This document shows positions 21,695 to 30,138 of a stretch of DNA of 64,000 nt, piece after piece. The notes below the pieces were generated by a model. That model was not told where the DNA came from, did not search any database, and saw only the letters and a program-made list of their open reading frames with translations. Source of the DNA: an uncultured delta proteobacterium (GTDB taxonomy: Bacteria > Desulfobacterota > RBG-13-43-22); contig CAVQFQ010000010.1 of NCBI GenBank assembly GCA_963711835.1, positions 32,001 through 96,000 on the forward strand. The letters are read 5' to 3'. The stretch's first letter is position 1; every line of letters begins with the position of its first letter. Made by a program: the position numbers and the translations under genes.

Positions 21695-23860
21695 CAGAGA
21701 TTTTAAAGGGCCAAATAATTTGGCACCTTGGGTTGTTATTTATATTAATAAGGGACACCCGTTCGATCAATAAGAAATCAGTGGACGATTTAATGTAAAA
21801 TAAAATATGGCGGTTAAATAAAATCAAACTTCCTAAGACATAACTATTAGTGACCATAATAAAAGGATTATTAGCTACGATGGATCCTTTATTATCATTC
21901 AATCTTTAATATTACCGCCATATTTGATTTGACAAACGTGGCCATCTGAGCTATATTTCCTCCCGGGGTGGACCCAACCATCGCCCTACATCTCTTTTTC
22001 GGGAGGAACATGCAATGATCGAGATTAAACCAGGCCAATACGCCCTCTCGGGGCCTAAAGGCTCTTTGGCCGTCCGGGAAGATGATGAAATCACCTTACG
22101 GTTGGCCATGCTTTTTGAAGGCCAATGCGAAGGCCTCAGCCCGGCCCTGGCCGCGGGAAAGTTCGGCTATACACGACAACGATACTATCAAATCCTAAAC
22201 CAGTACCTCCAAAACGGGGCCGAGGGACTCAAAAACCTACGACCCGGTCCCAAAAGGAATTACCGTCGAACCGATGAAGTCATCCGCCAGATCATCCGTT
22301 ATCGTTTCCTAGATCCGGCCCTCTCGCCGGAGGTCATCGCCCAGAAGCTTAACCAACTGGGATTTTTTATTGCCATCCGCAGTGTGGAGCGGGTCATCTC
22401 GGAGTATGGCCTACAAAAAAAAACTTCATCTCTGTCGTCCCGGAACCGAACCCCTAAAGGTGGAAACCCATCGCACCAAACAAAAAGTACGTTCTCGAGA
22501 TCAGTGATCCCCCAGCCCTGGAACGGGGGGTCAGACAACTATTGGCCAATAAAATCTCAGGCACGATGGCCGGCCTTTGGTTGTTGATCCCAGAGCATCT
22601 CAGGCTCGGAACTTGGGATTTGCTCAAAGCCTGGACCGGCCTGCCTGACCAACGGGTCGAACCCCGTTTGGCCTTGCAGTTGATTAACGAAAGTGCCCTG
22701 TGCCTTAATGGTCTTCGCTTGAAACGAAGTTTGAATCAAAGAGGTTTTGAACTAGCCAACGGTTTGCCCTTTATAGCCACCGACCCGGCTATCCACCAAT
22801 TGTTAGACAGCCATTCGGTAGTCGAGTCCCAGCGGTTGCAAACCGCTCTGGGTAAGGTACGACAGACCTTCGGCCACTTTCAGGGAAATCTGATCATCAT
22901 CGATCCCCATCGCCTTAACTCATACAGCAAACGGCAGATGGTTCGACGTCAAAAAGACAAGGACTCCCCTCCAGTTAAAATGGCCCAAACCTTCTTCAGC
23001 TTGGATGCCGAGACCAAACAGCCAATTTGTTTTACCACCGCCTCCTCGGCCAGAACGGTAACCGAAGCCACCCCCGAGTTGCTTACTCTATCCGGCTCCA
23101 TCCTAAAGCCCAATGGTCATGCTCCCCTGGTTTTAGCCGATAACGAACATTACACCCTGGAGCTGTTTGACTGGGTTGCTTCCCTGTCCCCCTTTGATCT
23201 GTTAGTCCCTATGCCTTACAATCAGTCTGTCCTTCGATCCATTCACCAGCTTCCCGATGAAGCCTATACTCCCCATTGGGCCGGTTATGCCACGGCCAAG
23301 CAGCCTTACTCCCTGGCCCAAAGCCGACCCTACTATCAGTTTGTTCAACGAAAAGGGGAACAGAACTACGATTTTAAAGCCTTCCTCTGTACCTCCGATC
23401 GAGATGAAGTGGAGGATCTCTCCGTCAATTACCCTCAACGCTGGCACATTGAAGAATTTTTCAAAAATGACCAGGCCCTGGGCTGGCATAGGGCTGGAAC
23501 ATTGAACTTAAACATCCGCTATGGACAAATGACTATGGCCCTTATGGCTCAAGCGGCCTCCTTTATGTTGCGGCAACGTCTCGGCTCCCCCATAGACCAA
23601 TGGGATGCCCCTCATTTGGCCAAAGATTTCTTCCGAGGCTTAGAAGGAGATATCCGGGTCCATCAGGATACCATTGTGGTCACTTATTATAACGCTCCCG
23701 AAACCGACCTCATGAAAAGGCATTACGAAAATTTGCCTAAAAGGCTCTCTTCCGAGGGCTTAAACCCGGCTGTCCCTTGGCTCTATAACTTTAAACTGCG
23801 ATTTCCGTTTTAAATAAATGACCTCTTATTGTAAAATAAATTATACCTTTAAAATCTCTG
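21695..23860 (+). mobile_element. Insertion sequence, 2166 bp (HTH ORF plus DDE transposase)
   Basis: 15-bp perfect TIR CAGAGATTTTAAAGG/CCTTTAAAATCTCTG; flanking direct repeat CTAAAAG (21688-94, 23861-67). Confidence 0.9.
22015..23813 (+). CDS. Transposase in split frames (HTH OrfA, A9 slippery run, DDE OrfB)
   Basis: HTH GYTRQRYYQ/PGPK; IIIDPH, VLADNE, YPQRWHIEEFFK (Y-2-R-3-E signature of IS4-like DDE enzymes). Confidence 0.8.
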
Positions 23861-23981
23861 CTAAAAGCGGGATTTCAAGGTGAGGAGTTTATGGTGGACA
23901 ACCTTGAAATCAAGACCCCCGGTCCCCCTCCATCGGGTATCAGAGAATATAATGCTACAACTTTTGAACGATACCAAATCG

Positions 23982-24596
23982 TTACATTTTCTGATCGACC
24001 TGTTCAAAGCAGGGGATGCAGAGGGTCTTCCCATCGAATTTCCGGGTCCGTGACTCCATGGTCATCTCGCCGCAGGTCTCACAGCGCAGGCTCTGAAGGA
24101 CACGGGCCGGTCGAGGTGCCGGGGGAATAATTTCGCTGACCACAAACATGTCTTCCAGGGCGGCCTGCATAAAGGTTTCTTTTCGGATCTCCCGAAAGTC
24201 CTCCAATGTCTTTTTCTCTTCCTCTGTAATCGTCCCTTCATTCATTTTTTTCATCAAGGGACCGATCTCGGTAGCCATTTCCTCCTGGATCTCCGGCTTG
24301 AGGACCGCCCGGAACCCTTTTCCTGTTTTACGATCAAAAAAACTGAAGGCCATCTTGCCGTAATCTCGGTGGACCAGGTTGCCCTTGCCGAAGGTGCAGC
24401 CGGTTAGGACCTGGACGGCATCCACCCCGCACATATCTGTTTCCACCACCGCCGCCAGCTCGGCCGCCTCCGGCCGGCCCAGTTTCTGAAGCGCCAGTTC
24501 GGAAGCCCGGATCCCGATCGCCAGCCCCGGACACCAGTGGCCGTGAAAGGCAATGGTCTTTTCAACCCAGTCCCGACTTAATCCGCTCATGGTCAT
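23982..24596 (-). CDS. FmdE family protein with C-terminal Zn finger
   Basis: FHGHWCPGLAIG, ETDMCGVDAVQ, GCTFGKGNL, CETCGE...LCIPC. Confidence 0.9.
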   Translation of the reverse strand: MTMSGLSRDWVEKTIAFHGHWCPGLAIGIRASELALQKLGRPEAAELAAVVETDMCGVDAVQVLTGCTFGKGNLVHRDYGKMAFSFFDRKTGKGFRAVLKPEIQEEMATEIGPLMKKMNEGTITEEEKKTLEDFREIRKETFMQAALEDMFVVSEIIPPAPRPARVLQSLRCETCGEMTMESRTRKFDGKTLCIPCFEQVDQKM

Positions 24597-24639
24597 TCCC
24601 TTTCTTTTCGTAATTTTTCAATAGGCAGGTGGCGATAGA

Positions 24640-25221
24640 TTATCGCCGCCCGCCGTCGAGGCACTTTTTGAAGTCGAGGTTTTTAAAGGCCCCGGCGCAT
24701 TTATCGGCGAGCCTTTGGGCTTCCCCCTCTTTGGTCTGGGCGGAGCGCAAGGGCAGCGGCAGTGCCAGGGGCCTTGCCGCACCCGGGCCTTTTTGCGGCT
24801 GAATATCCTTCCCTTTTAAGGGTTCGCCGCAATGGGCGCATACGACCAAAGGCCGGACAAGGTGTCCATCCGGCTGGTGCTTAAAGATAATCGGAGGGCC
24901 TTTGGGGGCTTCCCACTGGTCACCCCAGGCTACCAGCGCCATAATAATCGGGAAGACGTCTTTCCCTTTTCTGGTAAGACGATAGGATCTCCTCCTGGAT
25001 CCTTTCTCATCACAATGCTTTTCAATTAACCCCCTGTCCGCCAGTTTCTTCAAACGATTGGCTAAGATGTTGCGGGCAATGCCCAAATCCTGGCATAACA
25101 GGTCAAAGGTGTTTATGCCGTAAAACATATCCCGAATGATCAACAGGGTCCACCACTCCCCGATCATATCCAGGCTTCGGGCCAGCGAACATTCCAGATG
25201 TTTAAAATTTTCTCTTCTCAT
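24640..25221 (-). CDS. HxlR family winged-helix regulator
   Basis: CSLARSLDMIGEWWTLLIIRD, YRLTRKG, WGD. Confidence 0.9.
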   Translation of the reverse strand: MRRENFKHLECSLARSLDMIGEWWTLLIIRDMFYGINTFDLLCQDLGIARNILANRLKKLADRGLIEKHCDEKGSRRRSYRLTRKGKDVFPIIMALVAWGDQWEAPKGPPIIFKHQPDGHLVRPLVVCAHCGEPLKGKDIQPQKGPGAARPLALPLPLRSAQTKEGEAQRLADKCAGAFKNLDFKKCLDGGRR

Positions 25222-25234
25222 GGTGCAATTTTAT

Positions 25235-25283
25235 AGTTGCATTATAAAATTTACAAGCTTAATATAAGTTTTATAATGAAACC
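25235..25283. promoter_or_regulatory. Two inverted operator-like boxes in the divergent promoter
   Basis: AGTTGCATTATAAAATT and AGTTTTATAATGAAACC (near reverse complements). Confidence 0.6.
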
Positions 25284-25298
25284 ATAAGGGAGAGGGAT

Positions 25299-25754
25299 AT
25301 GATGGACAAAATTTATCAGAAGGCATTCCACGCCGGATGGGGGGACATGGATTTTAATTCTCACATGAGGAACACCGCCTATCTGGATAAGTCCGGTGAC
25401 ACGCGCATGATGTTCTTTTCCGAGCACGGCTTTCCCATGAGCGAGTTCGCACGACTGAAGCTTGGTCCGGTCATCATAAAGGACGAGATTGAGTACCTGC
25501 GGGAAGTTAATCTCCTGGACGAGCTGAAGGTAACCCTGGCTGTCGCCGGACTTTCCGAGGACGGGAGTCGCTGGCTTATGAGGAACGAGTTCTTTCGGCC
25601 CGATTCCAAGCCGGCAGCCAGGGTATCGAGTCTGGGTGGTTGGCTGGATCTATCGGCCAGGAGACTCGTTGCCGCCCCGGCCAAGCTTCTGGAAGCTCTG
25701 AAGCGGCTGCCCCAAACAAGTGATTTTCAGCAGATGCCTACGAACGTCAAATAA
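25299..25754 (+). CDS. Hotdog-fold acyl-CoA thioesterase
   Basis: WGDMDFNSHMRNTAYLD, GGWLDLSAR. Confidence 0.85.
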   Translation: MMDKIYQKAFHAGWGDMDFNSHMRNTAYLDKSGDTRMMFFSEHGFPMSEFARLKLGPVIIKDEIEYLREVNLLDELKVTLAVAGLSEDGSRWLMRNEFFRPDSKPAARVSSLGGWLDLSARRLVAAPAKLLEALKRLPQTSDFQQMPTNVK

Positions 25755-25810
25755 AGGGTCACATCCTTCGATGTCATTCATGATATAGGAAAGACGAAGG
25801 CGGCGACGGA

Positions 25811-26894
25811 GGGGACGTAGTTACTGAATAAACTTGACAAAAAGAAGTTATTAAGATAAAGGAGAAATCATGCCCAGACAAGCACGGCTCGATGCCCCCG
25901 GCACCCTGCACCACGTCATGGGTCGGGGGGTTGAGGCTACCAAGATATTTAGAAATAAAAACGATCGAGAAGATTTTCTGGCTCGACTAAAGGTCTTGCA
26001 ACGTACCGCCGCCTTAGCCGTATATGCTTGGGCGCTCATGCCCACTCATTTTCACTTGCTGGTGCGCACCGGACAGCAACCGCTGGGTAAATCCATGAGA
26101 CGGCTGCTGACGGGTTATGCCGTCAACTTCAACTTCCGGCATAAACGCCACGGGCACCTCTTTCAAAACCGGTATAAATCAGTCGTTTGCCAGGAAGCGC
26201 CTTATCTCTTGGAATTGACCCGGTATATCCACCTCAACCCCCTCAGGGCCGGACTTGTCCCTGATCTGAAGGCCTTACACGAATATCCCTGGACAGGCCA
26301 TGCAACCCTCATGGACCGAATCACACGCCCCTGGCAGGAAACAGATATCGTTTGGAGTTATTTTTCCAATAGCAGGCCTAAGGCTATCAAGCAGTATGAG
26401 AAGTTTATTCAAGCGGGAATAGCTCAAGGTCAAAGGCCGGATTTGATAGGAGGAGGTTTGATTCGCAGCCAGGGGGGATGGGCACAGGTGCTATCGTTAA
26501 GAAAAAAAGGCCAGTCGGTTCAGTCCGATGATCGGATCTTAGGCGATGGGGATTTTGTTGAGCAGATCTGGTCAGAGGCGAAGGATCGTGAGAAAGAGAC
26601 TCTGCGCCGGAAGGCCAAGGTCAAAGATTTACCAACGCTGGCTAAAATTATCATAAAAAAAATGGGGATCAGCGAGTCGGCACTGCGGTCCGCCAGCCGA
26701 AAAGCACGTATTTCCCAGGCCCGGAGAGCCTTATGTTGGTTGGCCGTCGGTCGGATGGGCTATTCGGCCGCCGAGGTAGCCCGGTTCCTCAGAGTGACTA
26801 CCTCAGCGGTAGTGCGCGCTTCTAACTTCAAGGATTTCACAAATCTTGAACCGTTTAATACTCTTTAATAAGTTCATTCAGTACCTACCTCCCC
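25811..26894. mobile_element. Inverted-repeat-flanked RAYT/Y1 transposase unit
   Basis: GGGGACGTAGTTACTGAATAAACTTG (25811-36) vs reverse complement of 26869-94 GGGGAGGTAGGTACTGAATGAACTTA, 22/26. Confidence 0.75.
25870..26868 (+). CDS. REP-associated HUH tyrosine transposase (TnpA-Y1) with C-terminal HTH
   Basis: MPRQAR, HHVMGRG, LMPTHFHLL (HUH), GHLFQNRYKS, RYIHLNPLRAG, YPW. Confidence 0.9.
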   Translation: MPRQARLDAPGTLHHVMGRGVEATKIFRNKNDREDFLARLKVLQRTAALAVYAWALMPTHFHLLVRTGQQPLGKSMRRLLTGYAVNFNFRHKRHGHLFQNRYKSVVCQEAPYLLELTRYIHLNPLRAGLVPDLKALHEYPWTGHATLMDRITRPWQETDIVWSYFSNSRPKAIKQYEKFIQAGIAQGQRPDLIGGGLIRSQGGWAQVLSLRKKGQSVQSDDRILGDGDFVEQIWSEAKDREKETLRRKAKVKDLPTLAKIIIKKMGISESALRSASRKARISQARRALCWLAVGRMGYSAAEVARFLRVTTSAVVRASNFKDFTNLEPFNTL

Positions 26895-26901
26895 TGAATT
26901 T

Positions 26902-27555
26902 ATGTCCCCTGAAATTAACCATTTTCTGTTTATAGTCGTAATGGGTTACCTGTTGGGCTGTGTCCAGACGTCCTATCTTTTAGGAAAAACCCTTAAGAAG
27001 ATCGACATCAGAGAACTAGGCACCTCCAATGCCGGGGCCTCCAATGCCACTTTGGTGTTGGGCTGGTCTTGCGGCCTGTTGACCGGTTTTTTGGATGGGT
27101 TGAAAGGCCTTTTGGCCGCGGTCCTGGCGGGCTGGTTTTTCCCGTCCTGGCCGTGGTCCCCTCTTCTGGCCGGCACCTCGGCCATCCTGGGACACATCTT
27201 CCCTTTTTATATGGGATTCCGCGGCGGCAAGGGCATGTCCACCTTTTTTGGCATGTTTCTCGGGATTCATTGGAAATTGGGGCTGATCCTATTAGGGATT
27301 CAGGTTTTGGTGACCCTGGTGAGCGATTATGTGGCCCTGGGCTCCCTGGCCGTTCTGACGCTCTTGCCGGTCTTGTTCTATTTTTTCAATTTTTCCTTAA
27401 TGGAAACCGCCTTTATCAGTTTGCTTTCTCTGTTCCTGGTTTATAAGCACGCTTCCAATATCAGCAACATCTGGATGGGAAAAGAAATAGGACTGCAGTC
27501 AACCTTCCGCTCAAAGAAAAAAGATTCCATCCTGACGCAGAGAAAGGAAAGATAG
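26902..27555 (+). CDS. plsY: Glycerol-3-phosphate acyltransferase
   Basis: GYLLG, DIRELGTSNAGASN, DGLKG, GHIFP...FRGGKG, KHASNI. Confidence 0.85.
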   Translation: MSPEINHFLFIVVMGYLLGCVQTSYLLGKTLKKIDIRELGTSNAGASNATLVLGWSCGLLTGFLDGLKGLLAAVLAGWFFPSWPWSPLLAGTSAILGHIFPFYMGFRGGKGMSTFFGMFLGIHWKLGLILLGIQVLVTLVSDYVALGSLAVLTLLPVLFYFFNFSLMETAFISLLSLFLVYKHASNISNIWMGKEIGLQSTFRSKKKDSILTQRKER

Positions 27556-27799
27556 GACCGTTGCGTCTACCGTTGCAGAACATGTGATCCCACCTATTTC
27601 TATCATCCCGAAGAACGGCCCCGGCTATCCTGCCAACGGTCCCTTTCTAATTTCCAGCTGGAGATGCTCCAGGATTCGAATCGCCATTAGTAGGGCGCTG
27701 TCTCTAATTGGAAAATAAACCCTATTTCATAAAACCATTTTAAAAATCCAAAAATTGGGATATAAATTTAGTTCTTATCCTTTTTAAGGAGGCTAACTT

Positions 27800-28657
27800 A
27801 TGGAAAAACATCTTGGGGTTGCCCTGGTCACCGGGGCCAGCAGCGGGATCGGGAAGGAAACGGCCGTTCGGCTGGCCGGGAAAGGCTTTCAGGTCATCGC
27901 CGCGGCTCGGAGAGAAGCGCATTTGGAAGCAATAGCCGCCCAGTTTCCAGGCATCCTCCCCAGGAAAGTGGATTTGGCCGATTCAAGAGAAGTAGAAGCT
28001 TTCTGCCAAGAGATCTCCGACCGAGGCCAGCCCATTACGATCTTGATCAATAACGCCGGATACAGCATCCGGGGCGGGCTGGAGGATGTCTCTCTTTCCG
28101 CGGCCCGCCGCCTCTTTGAGGTCAACCTGTTTGCCTTGATCCGCATCACCCAGGCCTGTCTACCGGGTATGCGCCGTCTACGCCAAGGGACCATAGTCAA
28201 CCTTAGTTCCATTGTCGGAAAATTCGCCTTCCCTTTCAGCGGGGTTTACGCCGCCTCAAAGCATGCTGTGGAGGCTGTCAGCGATTCCCTGCGCATCGAA
28301 GTCCGTCCCTTCGGCATCCGGGTTATCACGATTCGCCCAGGGCCGATCGCCTCCGAGTTCAACGAAGCAGCGACTCGGATGACCGGCGACCTGATGGCCC
28401 GGACCGATCCGGATTACAAACCGGTCTATCAGGCTTCCGGGGCCGGCTTGGGCGGAATCTTTTCAAAAATCACCATCCCGGGTCCGGAGGTGATAGCCGA
28501 GGTCATCGTTAAAGCCGTCTTATCCGACTCCCCCAAACCGGTTTATACCGCCGGCCCACTGGTGGATGAAATTTATCGGCCCCGACTGGAACTGGACGAC
28601 GAGGGATTCGATCAGTTTCTTTCCGAGCTGGCGGGGTTAAAGGATTTTAAAGTCTAA
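27800..28657 (+). CDS. Short-chain dehydrogenase/reductase
   Basis: TGASSGIG, NNAG, YAASK. Confidence 0.92.
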   Translation: MEKHLGVALVTGASSGIGKETAVRLAGKGFQVIAAARREAHLEAIAAQFPGILPRKVDLADSREVEAFCQEISDRGQPITILINNAGYSIRGGLEDVSLSAARRLFEVNLFALIRITQACLPGMRRLRQGTIVNLSSIVGKFAFPFSGVYAASKHAVEAVSDSLRIEVRPFGIRVITIRPGPIASEFNEAATRMTGDLMARTDPDYKPVYQASGAGLGGIFSKITIPGPEVIAEVIVKAVLSDSPKPVYTAGPLVDEIYRPRLELDDEGFDQFLSELAGLKDFKV

Positions 28658-28661
28658 ATTA

Positions 28662-29316
28662 ATGGTCGTCCCTTTTTCCATCTCCAAGGCTTATCACGAC
28701 CGTTATCCCGGCCTGCCGTTCGGCCTGACCCTGATTTCCAACTGCCGGAATCCGGTTAATCCGGCCGGTTTTGATGAGTATAAACGCACCCTCCTGCGCC
28801 GGATGCGGAAGCGGGAATCCCTGGCTCAGATCACGGAACGCATCAACACCTATGATCGCTTTTTTAAAGAGTTCGGCTATGAATGCCCTTTAACCAAGCA
28901 CCTCAAAAGGACCGTCAATAGCGGCTTCCCGCGCTACAATCTGATGGTGGATACCCATTTTATGGCTGAAATGTGCGCCGGCATCCTGGTAGCGGTGACT
29001 GACTATGACCGCTTTGAAGGAGCCTTGACCCTGGATGTGGCTCGGGTAGGGGAAATCTGCCGGGGTATGGGCGGAAGGGAATTGAAGACCCAAGAGGGCG
29101 AGATTGTTTTTCGTGACTGAGAAGGAAATCGTCTGTGTCCTGGCCCAAGGGGCCGATGAAAAGACCCGGGTCAGTGAAGAAACGACTCGGGTCCTTTTTT
29201 ATGCCTATGCCGTGCCGGGGATTGAGGGCCGTTTCATCCAGGAGGGTCTGGCCCTGGCCGGAGAAACACTGGCGCGCTTCGGTGAGGGAGCCATAGAAGA
29301 AACCGTCCTTTATTAG
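28662..29316 (+). CDS. B3/B4 (PheT editing-like) domain protein, 1-bp insertion near 29118
   Basis: FPRYNLMVD, DYDRFEG, GEIVFRD/EKEIVC...QGADEKTRV. Confidence 0.7.
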
Positions 29317-29374
29317 AATCGTGCGAGATAGCCGGGGACCCCGGCACCTTTTATTGGTCTTTGGCGGTGATTCC

Positions 29375-30121
29375 ATGAAAACCGTTTTTTCAATGTGGAA
29401 CAATACCCGGATGATCATTCTGACCGCTGTTTGTGCGGCTATCTACAGTACCACGCTGTTGGCTTTCAAAACCGCCATCCCGCTTATTCCGGGCATCACC
29501 GAAGTGCGGGTGGGAAATATCTTTCCCGTGCCTTTCGGATTGATGTTCGGGCCGGCCGGGGCCTGGGGCTCGGCCCTGGGAAATCTGCTGGGCGATATCT
29601 TTGGAGGCACCCTGGGGCCGGGATCGGTCGGAGGGTTCATCGGCAATTTTCTCCTGGCCTTTCTACCATACAGCCTTTGGCGGACCTGGATCCCCTTTCA
29701 CCAAAAAACCATTGACTGGAACCCTCGAAGCCTGGGGAACTGGATCACCTACATCCTGGTGGCCCTGATCTCCTCCGCGGCCTGCGCCATCGTCATCAGC
29801 ACCTCTCTGGATTTTCTGGGGATTGTTCCTTACAAAGTTTTATCGAACATCATTACCCTGAATAATTTTATAGCCGGCCTGATCGGCTCCCTCTTGTTAA
29901 CCACGGTTTTTCCCATGATCAAAAATCATCTTCATCTCTTCTGGATGGAGGTGATGGAGGAATCCGACAGCAACCAGCCCTGGGCCGCCGTGCTGGGAGC
30001 CTGGCTGGTTGCCCTGGCCTCCCTCTTCGGTCTTTTCGGCGGCCTGATCAGCGACCTTCCGATCTCCAGCCTGAGTCTGATTTCCACCTTGGCCATCCTC
30101 GTCGGCACGTTGATCCTTTGA
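29375..30121 (+). CDS. ECF transporter S component (QueT-like)
   Basis: IPGITEVR, GLMFGPAGAWGSALGNLLGD; multiple TMs; precedes ECF A and T genes. Confidence 0.8.
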   Translation: MKTVFSMWNNTRMIILTAVCAAIYSTTLLAFKTAIPLIPGITEVRVGNIFPVPFGLMFGPAGAWGSALGNLLGDIFGGTLGPGSVGGFIGNFLLAFLPYSLWRTWIPFHQKTIDWNPRSLGNWITYILVALISSAACAIVISTSLDFLGIVPYKVLSNIITLNNFIAGLIGSLLLTTVFPMIKNHLHLFWMEVMEESDSNQPWAAVLGAWLVALASLFGLFGGLISDLPISSLSLISTLAILVGTLIL

Positions 30122-30138
30122 ACCGGGTTCTTCGGCAA

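Larger units (their letters stand above)
21479..23977. mobile_element. MITE-like element copy 1, split by IS (halves 21479-21694 and 23861-23977)
   Basis: Both halves align to uninterrupted copy at 46791-47114. Confidence 0.9.

Noticed and set aside
23891-24130. MVDNLEIKTPGP ORFs (also 47029-47214) as a gene family
   Set aside because: They arise from the MITE end, diverge by frameshift and run antisense into neighbouring genes.
27655-27700. tRNA-like fragment (GGATTCGAATC)
   Set aside because: No cloverleaf or acceptor stem could be built.
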